A stretch of DNA of 64,000 nucleotides from Octopus sinensis. Lineage: Eukaryota. The stretch is from contig NC_043009.1 of the NCBI RefSeq assembly GCF_006345805.1, positions 62,310,001-62,374,000 on the forward strand, given 5' to 3'. Below, piece by piece: positions 1-13,323 of the stretch. Every line of letters begins with the position of its first letter. The stretch's first letter is position 1. The position numbers and the translations under genes were made by a program. The notes below the pieces were generated by a model. That model had not been told where the DNA came from, searched no databases, and worked only from the letters and a program-made list of their open reading frames with translations.

Positions 1-121
1 CACATACATGCATGCATACATACATACATACATACATACATGCATACATACATGCACACATACATACATACATACATACATACATGCACACGTACATACA
101 TACACGCGCGCGCACACACAC
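1..121. repeat. (CATA)n/(CA)n microsatellite
   Basis: Direct tandem repeat; explains the HTYI-rich ORFs 8..541 and 40..222. Confidence 0.95.
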
Positions 122-128
122 CTATGTG

Positions 129-512
129 TGGAGGCGCAATGGCCCAGTGGTTTGGGCAGCGGACTTGCGGTCGTAGGATCGCGGTTTCGATTCCCAAACC
201 GGGCGTTGTGGGTGTTTATTGAGCAAAAACACCTAAAGCTCCACGAGACTCCGGCAGGGAGTGGTGGCGACCCCTGTTGTACTCTTTTGCCGCAACTTTC
301 TTTCACTCTTTCTTCCTGTTTCTTGTCCCCGACTTCCTACGCAACCGCTGAGCCTGGATGCGCATCATTCATCCGTCGATGCCCTCGGTGTCGGGGGTTG
401 ACCTGCTTTTTCTCTTCGGCGGGTCTTACGAATAGCAAAGGATCACGTTTCGGACTTCTCCCACTAATGGGACGAAGACCGCTTAACTCAACAAACAAAC
501 AAACAAACAAAC
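129..512 (+). mobile_element. tRNA-derived SINE (family D) with (AAAC)n tail
   Basis: Pol III A-box-like TGGCCCAGTGG and B-box-like GGTTTCGATTCC in the head, structured body, ends in AACAAACAAACAAAC. Confidence 0.75.
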
Positions 513-1032
513 ACGAACAACAAATACAAAAACGACACTAACAACGTCGATGACAATGACATCAACAACAGCACGATCAACAACATTATCAACGACGACA
601 ACAAAAGTTGTCTTATAATGTTAATTTTCTCCATCAGATTTTAGAAAATGGCTGACAAAGAAGACGGTTGTAAAGCAAGCGTTATTAACTTACATAAACA
701 GCCTCACGTGATCTTAATTTCTTGATTTCAATCTGAAACAGGAAATTATTAATGTTATGGAACTGATTAAACCAGAGATGGTTGAGTTAGATTTAACAAC
801 AACATTGGAGAGAAAATCTGGAATACGTTATTTTCATGTCAAAGAACTGCGGTCTATTTTTCTTCTTTTTTTTTTCTCTTTTACATCGAAGGAGGCATGT
901 TGGTATGTTTGTTGCTTAGCGACAAAAATCGGCTCTGATCGAGAATCCTATGAACAACAGCGTTCTAATCATGACCACCTAGTCTTATTTTTTTGTGTAG
1001 AATATATATGACGACATTATCCCTAATATCAT

Positions 1033-1250
1033 TAAGGCGGAGAATTGAGGGAGCTGTTAGCAAGTCGGACAAAAGCTTAGCGGCATTTCGTCCGTCTTAA
1101 CGTTCCGAGTTCAAATTCCGTCGAGGTCGACTTTGCTTTTCATCCTTTCGGGGTTGATGAAATAAGTATCAGTAGAATACCGGGGTTAATGAAGTCAAGT
1201 AGTCCCCTCCCACGAAACTTCATCTCTTATGCCTATAGCAGAAAGCATTA
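1033..1250 (+). mobile_element. SINE family B, tail type 2
   Basis: AAGGCGG head, GAGTTCAAATTCC B box, body CTTTCATCCTTTCGGGGTTGATGAAATAAGTA shared with ~20 copies in the window. Confidence 0.85.
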
Positions 1251-1256
1251 GCCTTC

Positions 1257-1832
1257 ATATGATTCCGGAATTTTTTCTTTCTTTTAGATGGTAGAGTGTA
1301 ATTTTAAAGAGATTTTGTCGCCATTTTTAGCAGGTGAAACGACCACGTGGAGGTTCCTTCGTTAACAGTTGTCCACTACAGATGAATCATTGTGACTCGG
1401 ATTGGTGGAGTGATAGTCTATCACTTATTTACATCTACCAGAGATGTTAAAGAGTCTAGCTATAAAAGAGAGAAACAGTTGCTAAATCTTCTTCAAATTA
1501 CACCCTAAAAAATCGGCTTATGGACTGTAAGTCTGAAAATAAGACTGAATGGTTATGAATAGAATTCCCCACAAAAACATAAACCTGATCAATCAAATTT
1601 AACTTAAGGTTTAACACAGGCGTCGGTAGATGGCGTGCAAATGAGTAATCTTGCGACAGACTGGCGACCCTTTCGAGAGGAGTGTTATCTTGTTGATCAT
1701 TTATATGCCATAGAAATCGTGATTGTAAGGAGCAGGGGTTGATAAAAATGATGTTATGTGTAATATACTGTCATACTCTCTCTCTCTTTCTCTCTCTCAC
1801 TCACTGACTGTCACACACATACACACACACCA

Positions 1833-1880
<48 letters not shown>

Positions 1881-2657
1881 TGTGTGTATGTGTGTGTGTG
1901 TGTTGTATGTGTGTGTGTGGGGTGGTGTGTGTAATATAGATAGATAGATAGATAGAGAGATAGAGAGAGAGGGGGGAGAGAGTGAGAGTGGTGTGTGTGT
2001 GGTTGTGTGTAACTTCGAAATCACTGTCCACTTATTTATATATATATATATTTTGTGTGTGTGTATGTGTGTGACAGTCAGTGAGTGAGAGAGAGAAAGA
2101 GAGAGAGAGTATGACAGTATATTACACATAACATCACTTTTATCAACCCCTGCTCCTTACAATCACGATTATAGATCTCATAGGACCCGTTACCCGATTT
2201 CTATGGCATATAAATGATCAACAAGATAACACTCCTCTCGAAGGGTCGCCAGTCTGTCGCAAGATTACTCATTTGCACGCCATCTACCGACGCCTGTGTT
2301 AAACCTTAAGTTGAATTTGATTGATCAGGTTTATGTTTTTGTGGGGAATTCTATTCATAACCATTCAGTCTTATTTTCAGACTTACAGTCCATAAGCCGA
2401 CATTTTAGGGTGTAATTTGAAGAAGATTTAGCATCTATTTCCCGCTTTTATAGTCAGACCCTTTAACATCCCTGGTAGATGTAAATAAGTGATGGACTAT
2501 CACTTCACCAATCCGAGTCACAATGATTCATATGTAGTGGACAACTGTTAACGAAGGAACCTCCACGTGGTCGTTTCACCTGCTAAAAATGGTGACAAAA
2601 TCTCTTTCAAATTACACTCTAGCATCTAAAAGAAAAAGAAAAAATCCAGAATCATAT
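1257..2657. repeat. Long inverted duplication (foldback), arms ~1257-1830 and ~2055-2657, microsatellite spacer
   Basis: Arms are reverse complements (e.g. GAAACGACCACGTGGAGGTTCCTTC vs GAAGGAACCTCCACGTGGTCGTTTC) with scattered substitutions and one 29-bp indel. Confidence 0.95.
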
Positions 2658-2745
2658 TATTCCTTGTAAACGTTTGACTTATACCCTACAAAAGATATTG
2701 AGTAATCCTTCAGTAGTTTTAATCCTCAATTGTTTTTATGTATAT

Positions 2746-2786
<41 letters not shown>

Positions 2787-3278
2787 TCTGGAAAACATAA
2801 AAACATAAACATATATATATATATAACTTGACATAAAAACAACCAGTAATGTGTGTGCGTGTGTGTGTGCGCGTGTGTGTGTGAGTCGGTGCAGGCATCG
2901 TTGCCTGGTGAGAAGTTAGCTGCATGGTAGCACAATATGCAGGTATCTTCTATTATACCCCAGTCAGAGAGGGAAGGGAAGGTAGAGTGACAGACTGACA
3001 GTAACGCAAACGTTAATCGAACAAACTCAGTCACAAAAATGAAAAGAAGTCAAATATTTATTATAAAATGGCTGACGGCGAAGTCGAATTTGTGCCAAAA
3101 GTTTTATTTATTTATTTATTCTTGAAAAAGGGGGGATTACTCGGAATAGCAATTCACTATGCGTCTTAGGAATAGAGGTTAAAAGTAGCGCCGCTGAAAG
3201 GAATCCGTAGCAGAAGGAAACAGCGTGGTAAACAATAGCGAACAGAGAAATGTCGAAAACTCGAGGTATTATAATATA

Positions 3279-3671
3279 CTTAGCAGTATCGCCCGGCGTT
3301 GCTCGGGTTTGTAAGGAAATAACTATAAAGCATTTTTAGAGAGTTATAGCCAAAATATAGCAAAAAATGCATTAAAAATGGAAAAAAATTATGGTAAATT
3401 TTTTTAAATCGTTGACTCATCGTAGACATTTTTAGAGAGTTACTTCCCTTATATAATAGCGAAAAAATGCATTAAAATGGAAAAAAATGATGGTAAATTA
3501 TTTTAAAAATCGTAGACTCATCGTAGACGCGCGCTAATACCCAGAAGGGCTTGATATGAATCACGACTATAAGATACCCGATTTTGGTTAAACTGCACCG
3601 CAAAATGTGGGAGTAGTTAGGAATCTAAATCGGAGTAGACAGACACACAACCTTTCTTTTATATATAAAGA
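3279..3671 (-). mobile_element. Non-autonomous Helitron-like element (~395 bp)
   Basis: Reverse complement of 46004-46401; 5' TC, subterminal hairpin CCCGAGCAACGCCGGG, 3' end CTA(A)G, no TSD. Confidence 0.85.
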
Positions 3672-4080
3672 TTATAATATATTATAATATATTCGTTACG
3701 TATGGAAAAAGAATTGATTATTAAAATTTAGTATAAGAGAGTGTGTTTTTCAAACTGTGATAGTAGATGAAAACCGAAATAACGTGAATTTTGAAATATA
3801 GGGGAAAACGGTTTCAACCGTGACGGTTGAAATTAAAATATGTAATTAAAAGAGGTAATTAAGAACTATTTTAACTAAACGAACATATAATGCTTTTATC
3901 ACATTAATGGGGATTGTAGTTGAATTAAGGATAATTGACTATAAAGAACGTTTAAAAGGGTTTAAAGTAATGATGCAATTAGAAGTGTTCCCCAATTTTA
4001 ATTAAAAGTTTGTTATATGTGTTGCCTCGAGAACTGATTCAATTTAGAATAATAAAGTGAAAGTAACGTATCAGTTAAAT

Positions 4081-4796
4081 CGGGGATTCTCAACCGTTTT
4101 TATTTATGGACCCTTTGATTATTATTTTATTCTGGTGAACCCCTAAAACCATTTTTATAGAAACTTCTTTCCAAATTCCTATTTTGCTTTTTACCCATTT
4201 ACTTGCGTGGGTCAAAATCTGTAAAATGTCATAGGCGCAGGAGTGGCTGTGTGGTAAGTAGCTTGCTTACCAACCACATGGTTCCGGGTTCAGTCCAACT
4301 GCGTGGCATCTTGGGCAAGTGTCTTCTGCTATACCCCGGGCCGACCAATGCCTTGTGAGTGGATTTGGTAGACGGAAACTGAAAGAAGCCTGTCGTATAT
4401 ATGTATATGTATGTGTGTGTGTTTGTGTGTCTGTGTTTGTTCCCCTAGCATTGCTTGACAACCGATGCTGGTGTGTTTACGTCCCCGTCACTTAGCGGTT
4501 CGGCAAAAAGAGACCGATAGAATAAGTACTGGGCTTACAACAAGAATAAGTCCCGGGGTCGAGTTGCTCGACTAAAGGCGGTGCTCCAGCATGGCCGCAG
4601 TCAAATGACTGAAACAAGTAAAAGAGTAAAAGAGTAAAGAGTAAATCTTGCTGTTTCTTACAATAAATAAATCTAATGCAAAATTATTTCGCGGACCCTT
4701 AAAATACTAACGTGGGTACCCAATTTATTACCGTGGACCCTCAAAAATCTTGTATGAACCCCCTAGGGGTCCTTTGGATCCATTTGAAAACCACCG
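4081..4796. mobile_element. Degenerate hAT (Charlie-type) MITE interrupted by a SINE
   Basis: Ends CGGGGATTCTCAACC and TTTGAAAACCACCG resemble CAGTGGTTCTCAACC-type TIRs; repeated GGACCC subterminal motifs; TSD not recognisable. Confidence 0.55.
4233..4645 (+). mobile_element. SINE family A, full length
   Basis: tRNA-like head (TGGCTGTGTGG ... GGGTTCAGTCC), internal (TA)/(TG) microsatellite, tail GACTGAAACAAGT(AAAAGAGT)n. Confidence 0.92.
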
Positions 4797-5084
4797 AAAT
4801 TAGCTGGATAAATGTATATTGTATTAAAATTCTAAACCCAAAAGGTGGAGGGGAGATAATATTTAAAAATGTGAATCGGTGGAGTTCATGCAAGAATCTC
4901 TAAAATTACACAAACTGAGATATGTAAGACAGAGTTTTTTCCTTTTCTCTTCTACTTGTTTCAGTTATTGGACTGTGTCTGGGCTGGAGGACCACCTTAA
5001 AGGGTCTAGTCAAACAAATTGATTCCAGTACTTACTTAAAAAAAGGTCTGGAACTAATAGAGTTATATCAAATTCCATAAAGCG

Positions 5085-5237
5085 TTGGCTGTGTGGTAAG
5101 AAGCTTGCTTCCCAACCACAAGGTTCTGGGTTCAGTCCCACTGCGTGGCACCTCGGGTAGGTATCTACAACTATAACCTCGGACAGATCAAAGCCTTGTG
5201 AGTGGATTTGGTAGACGGAAACTGAAAGAAGCCCGTC

Positions 5238-5279
<42 letters not shown>

Positions 5280-5477
5280 TTATGTGTGCATCTTTGTGTC
5301 TGTGTTTGTTCCCCCACCATCGCTTGACAACCGATGTTGGTGTGTTTATGTCCCCGGACCTTAGCGGTTCGACAAAATAGACCGATAGAATAAGTACTAG
5401 GCTTACGATTTGTTCGATTAAAGGCGGTGCTCCAGCATGGCCGCAGTCAAGTGACTGAAACGTGTAAAAGAGTAAAA
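5085..5477 (+). mobile_element. SINE family A
   Basis: Colinear with 4233-4645. Confidence 0.9.
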
Positions 5478-5597
5478 AGGGATCCACTAAAACTATCTCT
5501 ACTCCTAGGGGATGTGTCATAATTACCCAGCGGCATTTAAGATCGGCTCCTCTTCAGAGGTCTTAACTGCCATTTGGTAACTTTGGTATTATCATCT

Positions 5598-5958
5598 AGG
5601 CGCAGGTGCGGCTGTGTAGTAAGAAGCTTGCTTCCCAACCACATGGTTCCGGGTTCAGTCCCACTGCGTGGTACCTTGGGCAAGTGTCTCCTATCGTAGC
5701 TTCGAGCCGACCAACCAATGTCTTGGATTTGTGTGTGAGTGGATTTGGCGGACGGAAACTAAAAGAAGCCCGTTGTGCATGTGTGTGTGTGTGTGTGTGC
5801 ACGCGTGGGTTGTGTGTGTGTTTGTGTTTGTGTTTCTCCCCCACCACTGCCTGGCAACCGATGTTGGAGTGTTTACGTCCCCGTAACCTAGCGGTTCGAC
5901 AAAAAATTCTTCAAGGCGATGCTCCAGCATGGTCGCAGTCTAATGACTGAAACAAATG
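5598..5958 (+). mobile_element. SINE family A (internally deleted)
   Basis: Colinear with 4233-4645. Confidence 0.9.
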
Positions 5959-6925
5959 ATAATAAAATTAAAGAAGCGGAGATCAATAACAGAACAACAG
6001 TCCTAAGAGATCGAAGCTGTGAAGAGGAATATTTCATGGCGACAGCTTATTAGTAATGCTTTGGTCGTAATAGAGAATCCCTTGTCGTGGTTGTTCAGGA
6101 AATGCAAAAGATACTTGATACGAGCATCAGATGAAAGAAGGATTGCCTTCGATTTAGCCACAAGGCAGTAGGATGGTTGGACAGTAGATGTAAGTACCGA
6201 AGCAACCCGTCGGGGTTTGCCTACACAAGCGTAGCTTTAAGACGACGCTCTGTTGTCTCAAGATCTCTATCGAATTAATCTGGAACTGTAAAGTACTCAG
6301 CGACCGTGTGTGACTGCAGAGAGATTTAGCAAGAGTCTTGGTGTGTAGGGGGGGGGAAGGAGAGAAAGAGAGAGAGAGAGAGAGAGGGTAAGACAGAGGT
6401 CGGGGTGCTGTGTACAGGCCAAGGAAGATTAATACACCAGGCTTCTTCTCGCTTCATGATACCTGCTAACCGGCGATAACGAGTCGTAGAGAAGCGGGTT
6501 GCACACACACACACACGCACACACACACGCACACACACGCACACACACGCACAAACACACACACACACACATACACGCACATACAGACACAAACATGTAT
6601 GTAGATACATGATGTCAGACACACAATCACACACGCACACAAATGCAGACACACACTCACGCTGATGCTTCATGCATTAAAAAAACAAAAAGACATCTCA
6701 AGGAAAGAACGAAAGAAAGAAAGAAAGAAAAGAAGGAAGGAAAAAAGGAAGGAAGAAATAAAGAAAGGAAGGAAAGAAAAAAGACGAGGCACAGGAAATG
6801 AAGTTTTCAGTGAGAGTCCAGCCATAACTAATCAATAAATGTGACGGTTGTCGGCAAATAGCTTTGTATGGTCTGGCAGCAGATAACGTTGCTATTGTAG
6901 ACTTCTGTCTGTTTATCTGTCTGTC

Positions 6926-6926
<1 letters not shown>

Positions 6927-6966
<40 letters not shown>

Positions 6967-7235
6967 TCTCTCTCTTTCCTTCCTTCTCTCCCTCCTTCTC
7001 TCTCTTTCTCCTTCTCTCTCTCTCTCCTTCTCTCTCTTTCCTTCCTTCTCTCCCTCCTTCTCTCTCTCTCTCCTTCTCTCTCTCTCCTTCTCTCTCTCTC
7101 TCCTTCTCATCTCTCCTTCCTTCTCATCTCTCCTTCCTTCTCATCTCTCCTTCCTTCTCTCTCTCTCCTTCTCTCTCCTCTTCCTTCCTTCTATCTCTCT
7201 CTCTCCTTCTGTGTGTGTGTGTGTGTGTATGTGTT
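6927..7235. repeat. Polypyrimidine (CT)n/(CCTT)n tract then (GT)n
   Basis: Direct inspection. Confidence 0.9.
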
Positions 7236-7254
7236 TCTTTTATATATTTTTAAT

Positions 7255-7920
7255 CTTTTGCTTGTTTCAGCCATTAGACTGCGGCCATGCTGGAGCACCG
7301 CCTTGAAGAATTTAAGTCGAACGAATGGACTCCAGCACTCTTTACTTACTTGTTTCACTCACTTGACTGTGGCCATGCTGGAGCACCGCCTTTAGTCGAT
7401 CGAGCAAATCGATCCCAGGACTTATTCTTTGTAAGCCTAGTACTTATTCTATCGGTCTCTTTTGCCGAACCGCTAAGTTAGGGGGACGTAAACACACCAG
7501 TATCGGTTGTCAAGCGATATTGGGGTGACAAACACAGACACACACACATATACACACATACATATGCATACATATATACTACGGGCTTCTTTCAGTTTCC
7601 GTCTACCAAATTCACTCACAAAGCTTTGGTTGGCCCGAGGCTATAGTAGAAGACACTTACCCAAGGTGACATGCAGTGGGGCTGAACCCGGAACCATGTT
7701 GTTCGTAAGCAAGCTACTTACTACACAACCGCTCCTACGCCTATTCTTTTCTGGTACCTATTCTATCCTGGTACCTATTCTATCGTTAGTTTTGCCGAAC
7801 CGCCACGTTACAGGGACGTAGACACACCATCACCGGTTGTCAAGTGAGGGTGGTGAGGAGGAGGGTACAAGCACAGACACAAATGCACACGCACTCACAC
7901 GCACACACACACATACATAC
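7255..7920 (-). mobile_element. Cluster of SINE family A copies (full copy ~7346-7744 plus two fragments)
   Basis: Reverse complement of family A segments. Confidence 0.85.
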
Positions 7921-8131
7921 ATAAATATGATGCTCAGTTCTCCGAGTGTATGAATCTAAATATAAACCAATACTTGTGCTGCTACTCCGAGTTAGTCAGG
8001 ACGTCATCGAAGAAATAAAACGGCATCGATTTTGGTCGTTCAGCGTTTGATTTATTGACTTTTTGTTGTCTGCATTTGTTTAGATTTTATGTCCGAATTT
8101 AGCAGCGGCGGAAGCAGCAGCAGTAGCAGCT

Positions 8132-8173
<42 letters not shown>

Positions 8174-8539
8174 AGTAGTAGTAGTAGTAGTAGTAGTAGT
8201 AGCAATTACGACAGCACCATATTTATCCCAACAATTGCTATAATAGTATAACAGCTGATTGTATGTCAGTTGATTAATACGGTTTCTGATAAGAATTTCA
8301 GAGATTCAAGCAATGTTCGTAGATTCATTCACAAAGACAACAGCGCATTTTCGTTGTTCACGATGCCTCTGTTTCCATACATCACCAGTTTTTACTCTAC
8401 ATTGTCTACACAAGCAATACAAACATCTCAAGTCTTTTTTCTCCAAGTCCGCTGATGAAGGCATCGCGTGTTCATATATTTGTAAAAGTATCTGACTACT
8501 AGAAACACGATCGCTTCCGTAGAAGATATGATAATAGAA

Positions 8540-9030
8540 TATGACATTCGGCTCACGATCCTAATGTCGTTTCCCGGCGGTGCATTTTGTCCTTGACCAA
8601 GGCACTCTATTTCACGTTGCTCCATTCCACTCAGTTGGCAATGATGCGTCGTACCTATATGTAGTGGAAGTGACTAAAGGTGAACTGACTAAAGTAAAGA
8701 ACTGTATGTAGTGGAAGTGACTAAAAGTGAACTGACTAAAGTAAAGAACTATATGTAGTGGAAGTGACTAAAGGTGGACTGACACATTATTATGAAGTAA
8801 AGAACTGTGAGTGATTGGCAGTTCGGGTGGGTAGCAGTTCACTGCAAACCGTTATAAAATAGTAGTGCGTCGTGTATATACTTTCTTCCCACTTGCTTCG
8901 TTATATTATGTATCCAATACAAGGACATAAAACTATATTTCAATGGCCATCCTTGTCACTCTCTGTGTCATGCTGAATCTCCGTGAGGATTACATTCAGA
9001 GCACAAATATTGGTAGAGTCCTCTGTCACA
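8540..9030 (+). mobile_element. SINE family C interrupted by a ~280-bp insert at 8660-8937
   Basis: GTCCTTGACCAAGGCACTCTATTTCACGTTGCTCC and CCTTGTCACTCTCTGTGTCATGCTGAATCTCC match the uninterrupted copy at 38757-39072. Confidence 0.75.
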
Positions 9031-9252
9031 GATTCAAATCTGAAGAAGATGCAAAAGACAGCCTTTCGTGAGTTTATCGCCTGTTGCTCTCCAGAATTCT
9101 TTGCTGCTGGCATAAAGAAGCTACCGAGAAAATGGCAAAACTGAGATGATAATTTAGGTGCATATTTTGATTAACTGCATTGCTTTTTGTTGAGATAAAG
9201 TAAAGTGAACTTTCAGTTCAAAATCGAACATTTCATTCTTAATGACCTGATA
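9030..9252 (+). mobile_element. mariner 3' remnant (transposase C-terminus and right TIR)
   Basis: Translates (one frameshift) to FKSEEDAK/TAFREFIACCSPEFFAAGIKKLPRKWQN*DDNLGAYFD*, typical mariner C-terminus; ends CATTCTTAATGACCTGATA. Confidence 0.85.
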
Positions 9253-9295
9253 TGTATATGTATCTATATATATATATATATATACACACCCATAG

Positions 9296-9330
<35 letters not shown>

Positions 9331-9344
9331 TGTATGTATGTATG

Positions 9345-9375
<31 letters not shown>

Positions 9376-9383
9376 GTTTAGAT

Positions 9384-9428
<45 letters not shown>

Positions 9429-9451
9429 CATAGATAGATAGACAGACAGAC

Positions 9452-9525
<74 letters not shown>

Positions 9526-9600
9526 ATAGATAGACAGACGTAGAAATATGTGCGTGTATGTATACACACACACACACACACCTTTATATATACTGTATAG
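9253..9600. repeat. Compound (TA)n/(TATG)n/(GATA)n microsatellite
   Basis: Direct inspection. Confidence 0.95.
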
Positions 9601-9603
9601 ATA

Positions 9604-10840
9604 CACAGACATGACAGAAGTAAATAGGCACCCTTGTGATCATTAAAATTTATTTAAATTTCAAATTATGCATTCATATTATTTATTAATTATTATAATA
9701 TGAATATTTAATATTTAGTAGACATTTGCATTCTTCAATGCAAGGATCGTATGGGGCATGATACTGATCAGATGACGAATATTCTCTTGGGGAATTTCTT
9801 GCCAAGTTTCATGCAGTAATATCAAAAGATTTGGCTTTGAAGATTCTTTCTTGTTCTTTTAACGAAGTGTCCTGTGCCTTATGTCCCTAAGGTGTTCAAT
9901 AGGGTTCATATCTGGTGACTGGCTCGGCCATAGAAGTTTTTTAATGCTATTCTTTTCCAACCGATCTTGGGTCATTTTAGTCATGTAACAAGGAGCCCTA
10001 TCTTCCATAAATAGCCTTCTTCAATCATTTCATCATTGGAGAAGATTGGAAAGAGTCCTTTCTGCAATATGGACACATATTTATCTGAGTTTATGTTACC
10101 CTGACACTCCACCAGCTCTGATTGACCATTGCTCCATATTGCTCCCCAGATTATCTCAGGGTAGCTGCCTTGTTTCATTGTTGGATGCAATCTTTGCATG
10201 TCAAATTCTTGATCACAGAGTCTCCAGACCCACACTCGACCGCTGTCAGAGAATACAACAAATCTGGACTCACCAGAGAGTGTGACTGTGTCCCAAAATG
10301 TGTCCCTCTCCATCATCTCACTGGTCCAATCTTTTCTCCACTTGATATTGGTTGGTCGAAGAAGTGGCTTCCTTCATGTTGCTCTGCCATAGTAGCCAAG
10401 TTTGTGGAGATACCTGACAGCTGTTCTGGGACTGACATCAACTTGTTCTGCTATGCCAGGGGCCCTGCAATGAGGATTATCCTCCACATTTCACTTAACA
10501 AAGCAAAGGGTCCTATCAGAGGGCTCTGGTTGACTTGAACAAGGTGAGGCTGACTCGTTCCCCTCTCTGGTGAATTGCACAGTCACCCTATCAACTGTAG
10601 GAAACGGTATCCCAAGGTTTTATGTGATTATACGTTAAGACCCACTTTTAGATTGACCCACAATATGGCCGCTTTGAAATTTGGATAGTTCGAAGGCTTC
10701 TTTTGTACGAGCCATGATTAAACAGTCACATAAAGAACCTGAAACATGTCCATTAATAAAACAAATATAAATCTTTTCGAATAAAAAAAAACATAAAACA
10801 ATGTTTTAAGGGGTGTCTATTTACTTCTATCATGTCTTTG
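9604..10840 (-). mobile_element. Full-length Tc1 DNA transposon
   Basis: ~30-bp TIRs CACAGACATGACAGAAGTAAATAGGCACCCTT / AAGGGGTGTCTATTTACTTCTATCATGTCTTTG, TA on both sides, internal transposase. Confidence 0.95.
9708..10715 (-). pseudogene. Tc1 transposase pseudogene, DD34E
   Basis: MARTKEAFELSKFQSGHIVG start, IIWGAIWSNGQSELVECQGNINSDKYVSILQ, FMED(34 aa)E ending WPSQSPDMNPIEHL, C-terminal STKY*; several stops and frameshifts. Confidence 0.92.
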
Positions 10841-11459
10841 TACATATATGTATTTATGCGCTCGCACATACACACATACAAGTTTGTGTGCGTGTGTGTG
10901 TGTTTTGGGTGTGTTTGTGAGGGTGTGGAGTATTTAACAAAGCGAATGGCTGGTTTCCAAGTATTTTCTAACTAGATTATCTGTCAAACGCCAGTCCCGA
11001 TGATATTTCAAGCTGCTGTTTTGACAGTTCAAAGGAAATTCCTCCGAAATCTTTCCATTCAAGATTTAACAAGATGAAGCGACAAACCAAAATGGCGGAA
11101 AGCGTAGAAATTTGGGCGACGTTGGCGGGAAATCTTAAGAAAGAGTTTTCAAAGCTTCAAGTAGTTTGTGTATTTATAGAAAACAACCAAGAAAAGGATT
11201 GGTCTATAAAGCAATTAATCGACTTCCTTTTAGAGAGCTCTTTTAAGCAAACAATTGTTTATCCACATACGGATATATGCACCGATACATATGAGGCATA
11301 TATACAATTGCGAATATCTCATTCTGATAAACACGTATGTACTATTGTGTGTGTGTAGGCAGATACACGCACATGCGCACGCAAGCACACGCACACGCGC
11401 GCACACACCGCACAAATACACACAAGTGTGTGTGTATGTGTATGTGTGTGTGTGTGTGT

Positions 11460-11955
<496 letters not shown>

Positions 11956-11979
11956 TTCTTCATATACATTCAAATCATA

Positions 11980-12610
11980 AGGACAGACAAAATACCGCTA
12001 AGTATTTCGCCCGGTTTGCTAACGTTTTTTATTTCTTTACTGCCCACAAGGGGTTACATACATACAAACAAGGACAGACAAGCTATATCGACCCCAGTGA
12101 GTTACTAGTACTTATTTAATCGACCTCGAAAGGATGAAAGGCAAAGTCGACCTCGGCGGAATTTGAACTCAGAACGTGAAAACGGACATAATACTGCAAA
12201 GCATTTTGCCCGGCGTGCTAACGTTTCTGCCAGCTCGCCACCTTTCTTTAGCCAAAATATTGTGAGAAATGGGTAAGAAGGATAAAAAGCAAAGTCAACT
12301 TTGGCAGAAATTTGACCTTAGAACGCAAAGAGCCGGAAGCAATACCGACAAGTATTTTGTCCTTCACGGACATTGCTTTGTAATAATAATAATATTAAAG
12401 GAAGATGGCAGTGAGCTGGCAGAAACGTTAGCACGCCGAGTGAAATGCTTAGCGGTGTTTCGTCTGTCTTTAAGTTCTGAGTTCAAATTCCGCCGAGGTT
12501 GACTTTACCTTTCGGGATCGATAAATTAAGTACCAGTTGCGTCCTGGGGTCGATCTAATCGACTGGCCCTGTCCCCAAACTTTTCTGGCTGTACCTAGAA
12601 TGGAAAATAA
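11980..12610. mobile_element. SINE family B copies (minus ~11980-12243; plus ~12405-12610)
   Basis: Family B head, B box and body motifs. Confidence 0.85.
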
Positions 12611-12909
12611 TATTTTCAAGAAAGCAAATTTTTTATACCACATTAACAGATTATCACTTATTAGAGGATTATCTTGTTTACATCCGCCTGCGGTTAATCC
12701 TTAATCCAGTTTAGTCAAAATTAACAGAACATATTCTTCAACTTTTCTTTTATGTTCTTCATCAGAGTCCTAAATTCTTCTAAGCTACTCACAAGAACAG
12801 CGAAATCGGTTTATCTGAGATTGGTGAAGAATTTTCCATGGATTTTAATTGTTACGGAAGCTTCTAGATCTTTCTTCGAGGTACATTTTGCTGAGAATGT
12901 TAATTGTAT

Positions 12910-13026
12910 ACTCTTTTAACTCTTTTACTTCCTTCCGTCATTTGACTGCCGCCATGCTAAGTTACAGGGACGTAAACACACCAGCATCGGTTGTCAAGCG
13001 ATGGTGGGGGGACAAACACAGACATA

Positions 13027-13067
<41 letters not shown>

Positions 13068-13225
13068 TTTAGGGTTTCTTTCAGTTTCCGTCTACCAACT
13101 CCGCTCACAAGGCTTTGATCGGCTCGAGGGTATAGTAGAAGACACTTGCCCAATGTGCCACGCAGTGAGACTGAACTCAGAACCATGTGGTTGGGAAGCA
13201 AGCTTCTTGCCACACAGCCACTCCT
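12910..13225 (-). mobile_element. SINE family A (internally deleted)
   Basis: Reverse complement of family A. Confidence 0.88.
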
Positions 13226-13323
13226 TATTAAAATGTATATTGAATAAATACACATTTCTTCTATTTGGGGACGGTCATTTTGCGAATAAGCACACACACA
13301 CACTACTTGATTTTCATTTTAGC

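Noticed and set aside
1257-2657. One arm as a retrocopy of A-to-I edited RNA
   Set aside because: Arm differences include A/G in both directions, C/T and transversions; no clear one-way bias.
8445-8520. Possible hammerhead CTGATGA...GAAAC
   Set aside because: Stems I and III do not pair and stem II has no clean closure.
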